A DNA stretch of 64,000 nt from Candidatus Parcubacteria bacterium (GCA_003599135.1 QZIV01000007.1:3944-67943), one strand, 5' to 3'. Shown: positions 21,226-30,589, numbered from the stretch's first letter. The notes: generated from the letters alone by a model not told the origin. Program-made: numbers and translations.

Positions 21226-23220
21226 TTATGTGATAAGGCGGGTTATTTCTTTTGCCACGGATACGGAATTTATGATTTTCCCTCCCAAAATTGAAAAACA
21301 ACCGAAACCGTGTTCCGTGACGTCCGAGGTCCTGGCATCGTCATGCTCTCTGTAGGCGTTTACTCCCCTTAACACGTAATGAATACGCAAAAGTTTTAGG
21401 TTTTTTAAAAACGGGAACCATTCCATGCTCCGGTCGATGATTTTTTTGGCGCGTGAGCGTTTGGCGCTTAGGAAAATGTTTTTCGGCACCAGACCGTCCT
21501 TGGGAACGAACCGCCGCAACACGGATTCCTTGATGTGCACGAGCGTAAATACGCCGTCGTCGTGTGTCGGGACTATATTTGTGAATTTCCCGTCCATGAC
21601 TGCGAGAGAGATTCGGGGGATATTGAGTTTGACCCACAACACCTCGACGAGGTCGAGGCGTAGGGGTTTTCGGGGGAATCCGAGCCATTTGCAGAAATTG
21701 TTGTATCGCGCGTACGTGGCGTTGATAACAGAATCAAATTGTTCCTCGTGCACAGCACCATCTTTCCTGACCCGGATGACTTTTTGTCCTGAGGGGAGTA
21801 TGCGGGCGTCGAGCACTTCGGTGTTGCGCCTCAAAGTGGCTTTCGAGCGCTTCAGTAGTTGTTCTGTAATGCGCTTAAGTTTTTTATAGTCGTAAATGGG
21901 CTCGAATGTTTTAATACACACGTCCGTTTTTTCTCGGTTCAAAAAGTTCTCTGATGGATATTCTATGACGTACGGGAGATTGTTCCTGTCGCAGAAATTC
22001 AGATATGCATCGGCGCCTACTTTCGATCCTTTTTTCGCGACGCTGTAATATGTCGGAAACTTTCTGATAATTGCTTTTGCATAGCGCTGTTCGAATTCGT
22101 TGATTGCTGAAAAAATGTCATCGACTGTTTTTTGACTCCGCGGGTAATGATATCCCCAGTGGTGCCGATATTGGTTTATCTTAGAAGCCTCGGAGAAAAT
22201 ATCCCCATTCTTTTCAAAGATCGTTACGTCGCAGTAGGGAGCAAGTTCGATTGCGCAGTTTGTCCCGAAGATGCCGCCCCCGATTATCGCAACTTTCCTC
22301 TTTGTGGGAGCTCCGGAAACGGATTTGCGTCCCATCGTTGCGACACGTACGATGCGGTGGCCGACGTCTGCGTCGGGATATTCGACTTTTTTCGAACGCA
22401 TAGCGCGCACAAATGTGCGTAGTTCGGCCTCAAGAGGAGACATGGGATCACTGCAGTCAATACGTTCTGCCACCGATCCATTTTTGTAGATGTGGATAGC
22501 GTTTTTCTCAAGGTCGCAAACCATGGTTTTGCTAGGAAATTGCAGGGTAACTATCCTCTTCTTTTCTTTGCCGGACCAGCCGATTTTGAGCAACGCATGT
22601 ATTCCTCGTTTATATACTAGACTGACCACGTGCATCCGGCCTTTGTCGTCCACGTTTTTTCTGGTTGGCATGGCGTCGAAGACGTAGTCGAGCATATCGA
22701 AGGGATGGAGCATCTCCAGTTCAACATCTCTTCCGGTATCGGTAGCGGCGGGGTTGATGAATTCGATCTGTACGGAACTCGGACGTTCTTTGATGGACCG
22801 AAGCAGTTTTCGGAGACGGATTATTGTCGGGTTGAAGCGGAATATATGCCCCACCATAAGAATATGGGGAGACTCTGCGGCGCGCTTTTTGAGCATCGCC
22901 GTTTCGTGTACCGTCGAGGCGAGCGGTTTTTCGACAAAGACGTTCACCCTCGGAAGACATTGAGATACGAGAGAAAAATGCGTGTTGGGCGGCGTCGCGA
23001 TATCTACGGCGTCAACACCGTCAAGGAGTGGCGGATCGAGCGCGTGATAAATAGGAAGCCTGTATTTTTTCTTTAGACGCTGCTCCTCGGTGACTGTACG
23101 CACAACCACGCCAGCAACCACAAGGACACCTTTTTCCCCGAGACCGATCAATGTTTCGAGGTGTTTTATTCCGAATCTGCCCGCACCTATGAGGAGGATG
23201 CGGGGTTTTTTCATGGGCAT
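21226..23220 (-). CDS. Fusion protein: N-terminal Gfo/Idh/MocA NAD(P)-oxidoreductase plus C-terminal FAD-dependent (DAO-like) oxidoreductase
   Basis: The N-terminus has KPRILLIGAGRFGIKHL...EKPLA (Gfo/Idh/MocA). From about residue 340 a second dinucleotide fold begins with KVAIIGGGIFGTNCAIELA (FAD GxGxxG). It is one uninterrupted ORF. Confidence 0.6.
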   Translation of the reverse strand: MPMKKPRILLIGAGRFGIKHLETLIGLGEKGVLVVAGVVVRTVTEEQRLKKKYRLPIYHALDPPLLDGVDAVDIATPPNTHFSLVSQCLPRVNVFVEKPLASTVHETAMLKKRAAESPHILMVGHIFRFNPTIIRLRKLLRSIKERPSSVQIEFINPAATDTGRDVELEMLHPFDMLDYVFDAMPTRKNVDDKGRMHVVSLVYKRGIHALLKIGWSGKEKKRIVTLQFPSKTMVCDLEKNAIHIYKNGSVAERIDCSDPMSPLEAELRTFVRAMRSKKVEYPDADVGHRIVRVATMGRKSVSGAPTKRKVAIIGGGIFGTNCAIELAPYCDVTIFEKNGDIFSEASKINQYRHHWGYHYPRSQKTVDDIFSAINEFEQRYAKAIIRKFPTYYSVAKKGSKVGADAYLNFCDRNNLPYVIEYPSENFLNREKTDVCIKTFEPIYDYKKLKRITEQLLKRSKATLRRNTEVLDARILPSGQKVIRVRKDGAVHEEQFDSVINATYARYNNFCKWLGFPRKPLRLDLVEVLWVKLNIPRISLAVMDGKFTNIVPTHDDGVFTLVHIKESVLRRFVPKDGLVPKNIFLSAKRSRAKKIIDRSMEWFPFLKNLKLLRIHYVLRGVNAYREHDDARTSDVTEHGFGCFSILGGKIINSVSVAKEITRLIT

Positions 23221-23222
23221 GG

Positions 23223-24146
23223 ATGATAGTATACCAATACATATTCGGAAAGAAATATGACGGTTACGAGAACCTGTCGCGCATGTGGTATAGTGATTTC
23301 TATCGCAACAGGCGTTCGCGCAATGCGGCGCGACATTCACACGTGTTCAAGAGATATCTTATACGGTTATATACGATTCTTCGGCGCAGTATTTTCGGCG
23401 GCCGCGGTTTGTCGAGATACAGAATTCTTCGCGAGCTCAATTTTCGTCTGGAGCGTTTTCTGCGCGGCGGAAGGAGAGAATATGTGGACTGCAAGGGACT
23501 GCGTTTTTTTCTTGACCCGAGGGGATCGCTCTCTCAGCCGTTTCACGAATACGAACCCGAGACGACTTCTTTCATCGAAAAAAACCTGAAAAACGGAGAC
23601 TTTTTCGTGGACGTGGGAGCTTCAATAGGATGGTTTACACTCATTGCTTCAAGAATCGTTGGAAAAGGAGGAGTCATCGCCGTTGAACCGAATCCAGTGG
23701 AGGCAGCTCTGTTGCGGAAAAATGTTGAGTACAATGCTTGTACGAATGTCGAGGTTATTGAGAGAGCCGCTGGAAACACCCGCGAGCGTCGGATTCTCTA
23801 TGTTGTTTCCGATATGCACACGGGGGGATCTCTGGAAGACCCGCGCATCGATCCAAGGAGGGATCCATCAGCACACCTTCTGGATTCCGAGGATCATACG
23901 GTCTACGAATACCCGGTTGAGGTTATACCCCTCGACGCCGTTGTTTCCCGTGCTAGTATGATAAAAATTGACGTTGAGGGGGCGGAATTCGAAGTCGTGA
24001 AGGGAATGTCTCAGGTTTTGCGACAGTATAGACCAATAGTCATTCTCGAACATCCGTCGCCGAAAACCAGGAGATTGATAGGATCCCTTGGTTACAAGGA
24101 AAAGTTTTTTTTCGATAAACTGAACACGGTTTTCTTCGCGTCATAG
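23223..24146 (+). CDS. FkbM-family SAM-dependent methyltransferase
   Basis: The FVDVGASIGWFTLIAS glycine-rich SAM motif matches the FkbM domain architecture. Confidence 0.65.
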   Translation: MIVYQYIFGKKYDGYENLSRMWYSDFYRNRRSRNAARHSHVFKRYLIRLYTILRRSIFGGRGLSRYRILRELNFRLERFLRGGRREYVDCKGLRFFLDPRGSLSQPFHEYEPETTSFIEKNLKNGDFFVDVGASIGWFTLIASRIVGKGGVIAVEPNPVEAALLRKNVEYNACTNVEVIERAAGNTRERRILYVVSDMHTGGSLEDPRIDPRRDPSAHLLDSEDHTVYEYPVEVIPLDAVVSRASMIKIDVEGAEFEVVKGMSQVLRQYRPIVILEHPSPKTRRLIGSLGYKEKFFFDKLNTVFFAS

Positions 24147-24152
24147 AACAGA

Positions 24153-25124
24153 ATGATCTATAGCGATATTAAAAGCTTCAATAAACAGTTTGCGTGGGAC
24201 CGACATATCGAGAATGCCCGCGCGTTGAAGAAATTCAGGAACTATATTGTTATCGGCATGGGCGGTTCGCATTTTGCCGCCGATCTCATAAAAACCTGGC
24301 GACCGGATTTTCCAGTCGTCGTGTGGTCGAATTACGGCCTCCCTCCGTTGGCTCGTAAGGGGCTAAAAAAGAGCCTAGTTATCGCCACTTCTTATTCTGG
24401 GAACACGGAAGAAACAATTGACGCGCTCGAGTTAGCACTCAAGCGTAAGTTGAATATTGCTGTCATAGCGTCCGGCGGAAAACTGATTGCCATGGCCCGT
24501 AAATTTGGGATACCCTATGTCCTTGTTCCATCCGGCATCCAGCCGAGAGCGGCTCTGGGATACCTCCTCGTAGCGACGCTCACGGTCATGGGCGAGAAAC
24601 GGGCGCTGCGCGGTCTTCGCGAGCTTGCGGGAACGTTGCGCCCGGGTCGCTACGAGCAACAAGGGAAGAGTCTCGCGCGAAGACTGAGAAGAAGTGTACC
24701 CGTAATCTACGCTTCACCCAGAAATTATTCGGTCGCCTACAACTGGAAGATAAGACTCAACGAAACAGGAAAAATCCCAGCTTTCTATCACTTGGTGCCG
24801 GAGATGAATCACAATGAAATGATCGGTTTTGATGTGAACCGGAGCACGGTGTCTCTCTCCCGGCGTTTTCACTTCATTTTCCTTGAAGACCCCGACGACG
24901 ATCCGCGGATTCTGAAGAGAATGCGCGTGACGAGGAAACTCTTCGCAGGGCGTGGATTTCGGTCGGATGCAGTTCCACTCCGAGGCAGAAACGTTTGGGA
25001 GAAAGTGTTTTCCTCCATCGTTCTCGCGGATTGGGCATCGTACCATGTAGCAAGGCAATACCACTCCGAACCGGAAGCCGTAGCGATGATTGAAAAGTTC
25101 AAAAAACTGATTGCGAAGCAGTAA
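24153..25124 (+). CDS. Bifunctional phosphoglucose/phosphomannose isomerase family (SIS domain)
   Basis: IVIGMGGSHFAADL and a second SIS-like half occur in a ~320-aa ORF, as in archaeal-type PGI/PMI. Confidence 0.6.
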   Translation: MIYSDIKSFNKQFAWDRHIENARALKKFRNYIVIGMGGSHFAADLIKTWRPDFPVVVWSNYGLPPLARKGLKKSLVIATSYSGNTEETIDALELALKRKLNIAVIASGGKLIAMARKFGIPYVLVPSGIQPRAALGYLLVATLTVMGEKRALRGLRELAGTLRPGRYEQQGKSLARRLRRSVPVIYASPRNYSVAYNWKIRLNETGKIPAFYHLVPEMNHNEMIGFDVNRSTVSLSRRFHFIFLEDPDDDPRILKRMRVTRKLFAGRGFRSDAVPLRGRNVWEKVFSSIVLADWASYHVARQYHSEPEAVAMIEKFKKLIAKQ

Positions 25125-25146
25125 AGAGAAGAATCATTGCTCTATA

Positions 25147-25177
25147 TTCAGTATTCGAATAGTATCTCAATACTGAA
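25147..25177. promoter_or_regulatory. Perfect 9-bp inverted repeat ending 3 nt before the ADH start; candidate operator
   Basis: The sequence is TTCAGTATT-cgaatagtatctc-AATACTGAA with an internal ATTCGAAT palindrome. A TATATT box lies at 25143-25148. Confidence 0.35.
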
Positions 25178-25179
25178 CC

Positions 25180-26232
25180 ATGCGCGCCTTATTATTCCGG
25201 GGACCTAACGACTATCGCGTCGAAGAACGGCCATTGCCGCAGATTGTCGAGGGCGACGTGTTGCTTAAGATCATCGCTTGCGGGCTCTGCGGCACCGACG
25301 TGAAGGTTCTTGGCAACGGCCACCGTGCGGTAAAGCCCCCGATGACGACGGGACACGAGATCGTGGGAGAAGTTGAGGAATCGAAATCGAGTGCGGCAGG
25401 AGTCGCGAAGGGGGACAACGTTCTTGTCGTGGCTCCAATCGGCTGCATGAAATGTAATTTTTGCCTTCGGGGAGAGCAGAATATTTGCCCAGTTGTCGTA
25501 GAGAGCGTACATGCTTTTGGCTACGATACCGACGGAGGATTTGCCGAGTACATGCGCGTACCGAAGGAAGCCGCCGACCAAGGCGTGCTTATCAAGATCC
25601 CGGAAACTTCGATTCCGCTTGCGTCATTCGCGATCGCGGAGCCGTTGGCTTGCGTCTTGAATGGCCAGGAAAAACTTCATATCTGTCCCGATGACACTGT
25701 TGTCGTGATCGGCGCGGGACCCATCGGGGTTCTACATGTGGTCGCGGCCCGGGCCGAAGGTGCGAAGAAGGTTATTCTTGCAGATGTGAATCCCGCAAAG
25801 CTCTCGCTTGCTGCTGGTGTTTGTGCCGACGCGCTTGTCGACAGCTCGAAAGAAAACCTTGTCGAACGCGTCCGCAAGGAAACGGAGGGACGCGGAGCGG
25901 ATGTCGTAATCGTCGCGGCGCCGGCGCCGTCGCTTCAGACCGAAGCAATCGAAATGGCGGCAGTCCGTGGGCGCGTGTCATTCTTCGCGGGTCTTGCGAA
26001 AGGAACTACATCGCCGCCTATCGATACGAACGCCATCCATTACCGCGAGATCGAGGTCTACGGGGCCTTCGGCGCGTGCCGGAAGCAGTATGAAAAAGCG
26101 ATGCACCTCATTCTTGACGGGAAGGTTAACCCTGCGCAGCTTATCACGCACACATTGCCGCTCGAAGACATTGAAAAAGCCGTGGATCTCATGAAGGCGG
26201 GACAGACGATTAAGGTTGTGATCGTGCCGTGA
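25180..26232 (+). CDS. Zn-dependent medium-chain polyol(-phosphate) dehydrogenase (sorbitol/threonine/galactitol-1-P dehydrogenase family; TarJ-like context)
   Basis: It has the GLCGTDV catalytic-Zn motif, a Cys cluster (CMKCNFCLRGEQNIC) for structural Zn, a DGGFAEY block and a GAGPIG Rossmann motif. Confidence 0.75.
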   Translation: MRALLFRGPNDYRVEERPLPQIVEGDVLLKIIACGLCGTDVKVLGNGHRAVKPPMTTGHEIVGEVEESKSSAAGVAKGDNVLVVAPIGCMKCNFCLRGEQNICPVVVESVHAFGYDTDGGFAEYMRVPKEAADQGVLIKIPETSIPLASFAIAEPLACVLNGQEKLHICPDDTVVVIGAGPIGVLHVVAARAEGAKKVILADVNPAKLSLAAGVCADALVDSSKENLVERVRKETEGRGADVVIVAAPAPSLQTEAIEMAAVRGRVSFFAGLAKGTTSPPIDTNAIHYREIEVYGAFGACRKQYEKAMHLILDGKVNPAQLITHTLPLEDIEKAVDLMKAGQTIKVVIVP

Positions 26233-26954
26233 ATATTGTCATTCCTTTGGCCGGCAAGGATCCGCGGTTTGTGGACATGCCTAAGGCCCTCGTCGACGTT
26301 TGCGGCAAGCTTTTTATTGCTCACATTCTTAAGCAACTCCGCATTGAACCCGAAGATCGTTTGATTTTTGTCGTGTTGGAAGAAGATGTGAAGAAATTTA
26401 ATATTGACGAAACACTAAAGAATGTCACGGGGAAGCGCGCAATCATTCGGGTTCTTCCTCGTGCGACGCAGGGGTCGCCGTGCTCGATTTTAGAAGCCGC
26501 GCGGGACTTGATTGATAACGAGACAGATCTTTTAATAGAACTCGGCGACGTGTTGCGAGATGTCGGCAATCTCTATCAAGATATCGCGGATCGTCGCTCC
26601 GAGGTTTCAGGGATCATCCCTGTTGAGCGGCGAGATATGACAGGCCGTCTTTTCGGCTACGTGCGTGCCGACGAAGAAGGGTTTGCGGAGGCGCTCCTCG
26701 AAAAGGAAGCAACGTACGTCGCTCCGTGGGCGACGATGGGGCTGTATTATTTTTCTCGCGGCAAAGATTTTGTCTGGGCAGCCGAGGAGATGATACGGAA
26801 ACGCAGTTTCGTTCATAACGACATGTTTTTCGTCGGGCCGGTGTATAATGAGCTGGTGAAGCGAGGAGATAAGGTTATTCTTTCACAGAATACCGTCAAG
26901 GCAGTGTTGGGGAGTCCAGAAGAAGTCGAAGCGTTCCACAAACAATGTGTTTGA
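26229..26954 (+). CDS. IspD/MobA-like sugar- or polyol-phosphate nucleotidyl(cytidylyl)transferase
   Basis: The GTG start overlaps the ADH stop (GTGA). The N-terminal IPLAGK...KAL..V.GK.LI.H motif has an NTP_transferase-like fold and the arrangement parallels tarI-tarJ. Confidence 0.55.
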   Translation: MNIVIPLAGKDPRFVDMPKALVDVCGKLFIAHILKQLRIEPEDRLIFVVLEEDVKKFNIDETLKNVTGKRAIIRVLPRATQGSPCSILEAARDLIDNETDLLIELGDVLRDVGNLYQDIADRRSEVSGIIPVERRDMTGRLFGYVRADEEGFAEALLEKEATYVAPWATMGLYYFSRGKDFVWAAEEMIRKRSFVHNDMFFVGPVYNELVKRGDKVILSQNTVKAVLGSPEEVEAFHKQCV

Positions 26955-27714
26955 GATTTTCGCGCATCGGGGGTTGATCGACGAATACCCCGAAAACAGC
27001 CTTCCGGCGCTTCGGGAAAGTTTTCGACGCGGTTTTGGGGTGGAAACCGATCTGCGCCTTACGAAAGACGGGGACTTCCTGATCATTCACGACGATACGT
27101 CTCTTCGGCTTATAGGGATGCGCCGGCGAGTTGAGGATGCAACTTTAAAAGAAGCTGAAACAATGCAGTATGCTCATTCCGATGAGCACCTCATCTCATT
27201 TCGCACATTTCTTACGATGGCCGCAAAAGAAAATAAGGGACACCAGATGGCCATTCATCTTAAAGCAGATGCCCAAGATGAGGCGGGACTTACTCTACTT
27301 GCAAAGTATTGGCGGGAATTTGATCTCTATAAAACGGCCTTTACGTTCGATCTTACGAAAAAAGCTGCAGTGTGTCTCAAAGAAATCGATCCTAAAATAC
27401 AAATTGCGCTTATCATTTCAGAATTCAAATTTGAACCGACAATTTACACGTGGGAAGAGGTTAAGGATTTTAAGCCCATGGATATTGTCTGGGCTGCCGA
27501 ATATAAGAAACTCTACAGTAAAAAGTTTATTGATGAGGTAAAAGCAACGGGGAGAACATTTTATGCAATGTCTCCAGATGTGCATTGGATTTTGAATCAC
27601 CCCTTGGGCTATGAGGGATACGAGAAAACGTGGGATGATCTCATTGCATGGGGCGCGGATGGAATTTGTACGGATTATCCGGAAAAACTCGCTAAATGTC
27701 TTACTCGTGGTTAG
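26947..27714 (+). CDS. Glycerophosphodiester phosphodiesterase (GDPD) family protein
   Basis: FAHRG...ENS.PA and E.DL..TKDG...HD motifs of the GDPD TIM-barrel are present. A GTG start is inferred. Confidence 0.65.
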   Translation: MFEIFAHRGLIDEYPENSLPALRESFRRGFGVETDLRLTKDGDFLIIHDDTSLRLIGMRRRVEDATLKEAETMQYAHSDEHLISFRTFLTMAAKENKGHQMAIHLKADAQDEAGLTLLAKYWREFDLYKTAFTFDLTKKAAVCLKEIDPKIQIALIISEFKFEPTIYTWEEVKDFKPMDIVWAAEYKKLYSKKFIDEVKATGRTFYAMSPDVHWILNHPLGYEGYEKTWDDLIAWGADGICTDYPEKLAKCLTRG

Positions 27715-27729
27715 GATATACCCAAACGT

Positions 27730-28476
27730 ATGAAAATCGTTATGCCGATGGCTGGCCGGGGGTCAAGATTTGCGAAAGCGGGCATCACGCAACCAAAGCC
27801 CCTGATTGAAGTACTTGGGAAAACCTTGGTTCAGTGGTCGGTTGAAGGAATGAAGATTACAAATCCCGGACTTGAGGACAAAGATTTTGTGTTCGTCTGC
27901 CACGCGGATCACGAGCGAGATTTCAAAATCGGCGAGAAACTGAGAGAGATAGTAGGACCGGGTATTGCTGTTCTTTTCACCCCAGTTGTTACAGAAGGCG
28001 CGGCGTGCACCGTGCTTTTGGCGAAAAAAGTAATTGACCCTGACGAAGATATGCTTATGTGCGACTCGGATCACTTTGTGGTATGCCCAGCGTTTCGGAG
28101 CGCTCGCGAAGAATCTCGGAAGCACGACTGGGGCGGCATCATTCCAACAATCGAAAGAGACAAGCCGCACTATTCCTATGCGCGCCTTGACGATCGAGGT
28201 AATGTGGTTGAAACCCGCGAGAAGCAGATGATTTCGACGCATGCCGCCGCGCTGTACTACTTCACGAAATGGAAATATTTTGTCTCTGCAGCAGAAGCGA
28301 TGATCGCGAAGAACGAGCGGCACAACAACGAATTCTATATGTGTCCTGTATACAACCACATCATTGCACAGGGACGCGTTGTGCGCACGGTGCCGGTTGA
28401 ACTCGCAATGCACCTCGGAACGCCGGAAGAAATGCAGTACTTCGTCGAACATGTCCCTATGCAGTATCGGACCTGA
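27730..28476 (+). CDS. Sugar-phosphate nucleotidyltransferase
   Basis: The N-terminus has MPMAGRGSRF...KPL (G-x-G-x-R nucleotide-binding loop) in a 248-aa ORF. Confidence 0.65.
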   Translation: MKIVMPMAGRGSRFAKAGITQPKPLIEVLGKTLVQWSVEGMKITNPGLEDKDFVFVCHADHERDFKIGEKLREIVGPGIAVLFTPVVTEGAACTVLLAKKVIDPDEDMLMCDSDHFVVCPAFRSAREESRKHDWGGIIPTIERDKPHYSYARLDDRGNVVETREKQMISTHAAALYYFTKWKYFVSAAEAMIAKNERHNNEFYMCPVYNHIIAQGRVVRTVPVELAMHLGTPEEMQYFVEHVPMQYRT

Positions 28477-28512
28477 ATTTACAAAGTGTTGAGAGGGGTG
28501 TAAAGTTCTCGC

Positions 28513-29376
28513 ATGCGATTGGGACGGTTGGTACTCACACATCGCGAGAAGTACATCGAGAAGCTCAAAAAGTTCTATCTCGATGCGAAGCGCACAGAGT
28601 TTTTGGTGGTTGCGTATAACCAGAAGACCGTTGATGTTTCGCGGTTCACTTCAACGGATTCGTTCAAACTAGTGCCTTACTGTGCGGGGGCAGAAGGCGA
28701 GTGTAGCGCGACGGGCCGGCAGTACCGCGTGTGGCTTTCCCACATAAAGCAATTTCCGGAAATCGAAGGATGGGTGGTGCATGATTACGATCTCGTCTGC
28801 CGCGTGCCAGACCGAGAGATTTTCTCGCGCATCAAACCAGATGAATACGCAATGATCGGAAAGGCTTTCCCTGTCCGGCAGGAAGGCATGAAGGATGCGG
28901 GCGTTGATACTTTCCCGTTCGCGCAAGATCATCGCCATTGGCATAAATTGAATCCTCCGAATCCAGTTGACGAAGAGGTGGATGCATTGCTCATGCGCAG
29001 ATTTCCGCATACATTTCAAGGCATCAAGACGATTTTGGGAGGTTACAGCGATTTTATTGCTACGTCGCGCAAGAATTTTTTACTACTTGACGATCCTGCA
29101 GTTAAGGATTTCTCCGCTGGAGGCAACGAGCAGATTCCGCATAGCATTTGGGGCGCAAAAGGGATACAGCCCGTCGATCTCAGGCCATGGTATAAGATGA
29201 AAATATCGCTTGACGTGATGTACATGCCGATGGATGCCCGCTACGACATGATTCACCCTGTAAAAATATGGGAAGGTGAGAGTGTTCCGCCTCGAGAGCG
29301 CGCCGGCAACGTAAAGCGGAAGCTCAAAAACTTCGTGAAATGGCTTATTGGCTATCAGGGCTGGAAGCGGACATAG
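28513..29376 (+). CDS. Hypothetical protein; possible divergent GT-A-like transferase
   Basis: No clear family. LVVAYNQ followed about 50 aa later by HDYDL loosely recalls a GT-A beta-strand plus DxD arrangement. It lies inside the sugar cluster. Confidence 0.3.
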   Translation: MRLGRLVLTHREKYIEKLKKFYLDAKRTEFLVVAYNQKTVDVSRFTSTDSFKLVPYCAGAEGECSATGRQYRVWLSHIKQFPEIEGWVVHDYDLVCRVPDREIFSRIKPDEYAMIGKAFPVRQEGMKDAGVDTFPFAQDHRHWHKLNPPNPVDEEVDALLMRRFPHTFQGIKTILGGYSDFIATSRKNFLLLDDPAVKDFSAGGNEQIPHSIWGAKGIQPVDLRPWYKMKISLDVMYMPMDARYDMIHPVKIWEGESVPPRERAGNVKRKLKNFVKWLIGYQGWKRT

Positions 29377-29428
29377 ATTGTACAAGCGAGTCCTCCTGCG
29401 GTAGAGTTTCGGGACTCAATTTCTTTGT

Positions 29429-30589
29429 ATGAAGCACACCGATCGTCTTGACGTTCTCCTCAAAGCGCGGCAATGCACCTTATTGGGCATAGGTCCGATG
29501 AGCAAGCTTTGTGTCGATGCTACGATAGAAATTGCGAACGAGCTTGATATCCCGCTCATGCTCATCGCCTCAAGGCGCCAGATCGAGGCTGCATCCCACG
29601 GCGGAGGGTACGTCAACGGCTGGACTACAGAAACTTTTGCAGAGTACGTGCGCACGCATGACGCGAAGTCCAATGTGCTTTTGGCGCGCGATCACGGCGG
29701 CCCGTGGCAGAATTATTCTGAGGTGAAAGGGGGCTTGAATCTCCAAGAAGCGATGAAATCCGCGAAGCAGTCTTATGAAACCGACATCAAATCGGGTTTC
29801 GATATGATTCACATTGATCCCTCGATCGACATTCACAAGCGCCCGTCATTCGAGGAGGTGCTGGAGCGACTTTTCGAACTTTATCTTCATTGCGTGGAAT
29901 ACGCCCGCTCGTTGGGGAAAGAAGTGTTTTTCGAATTCGGTACCGATGAGCAGGGGGAAGGGCTACATGACCTGGAAGAGCTAGAAGCTCTCACGGAAGA
30001 AATTACGGATTTCTGCAGCAAACACCGCCTCCCAAAACCTTATTTTGTAGTGGCACAGACGGGAGCTAAAGTGAAAGAAACGAAAAACGTCGGCGTCATT
30101 GCCGACCCCGGTGAATCTGGGGCAGTCAAAGCACAGCTCAAAAAGCTTGTTGCTATCTGTAACCGCTATGGCGTACGACTCAAAGGTCATAATGGCGACT
30201 ATTTATCAGACGATACTCTTCGGTGGCATCCTGAAATCGGTATTCATGCCCTGAACGTTGCTCCGGAGTTCGGCGTTGCGGAGACAAAGGCGCTCATCAA
30301 GGTGTGCGATGATCTTGGCCTCAAAAGCGAGCGAGATCAATTTCTCACGCTTGCTCTCAATTCCCGCAAGTGGGACAAGTGGCTTCTCGCCGATACAAAA
30401 GCCACGGATTTCGATCGTGCAGTGATTGCCGGTCATTATGTGTTTGCGACGCCGGAGTTTACGAAGATTAAAGCTCGAATTGCCTTTGCAAGCCGCGCCC
30501 GAGGATTGGATCTCGATCAGTACTTGAAGGAAGCAATTAAGTCGTCTATCATGCGCTATGTGTCAAGTTTGAACTTATCTCATGGTTGA
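29429..30589 (+). CDS. GatZ/KbaZ-family protein (tagatose-6-phosphate 4-epimerase / tagatose-bisphosphate aldolase accessory family)
   Basis: Blocks IASRRQIEA...GGGYVNGWT.ETF.EYV, LLARDHGGPW and FDMIHIDPS align with GatZ blocks IEATSNQV..FGGYTGMTP.DFREFV, ILGGDHLGPNCW and FSKIHLDAS. Confidence 0.7.
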   Translation: MKHTDRLDVLLKARQCTLLGIGPMSKLCVDATIEIANELDIPLMLIASRRQIEAASHGGGYVNGWTTETFAEYVRTHDAKSNVLLARDHGGPWQNYSEVKGGLNLQEAMKSAKQSYETDIKSGFDMIHIDPSIDIHKRPSFEEVLERLFELYLHCVEYARSLGKEVFFEFGTDEQGEGLHDLEELEALTEEITDFCSKHRLPKPYFVVAQTGAKVKETKNVGVIADPGESGAVKAQLKKLVAICNRYGVRLKGHNGDYLSDDTLRWHPEIGIHALNVAPEFGVAETKALIKVCDDLGLKSERDQFLTLALNSRKWDKWLLADTKATDFDRAVIAGHYVFATPEFTKIKARIAFASRARGLDLDQYLKEAIKSSIMRYVSSLNLSHG

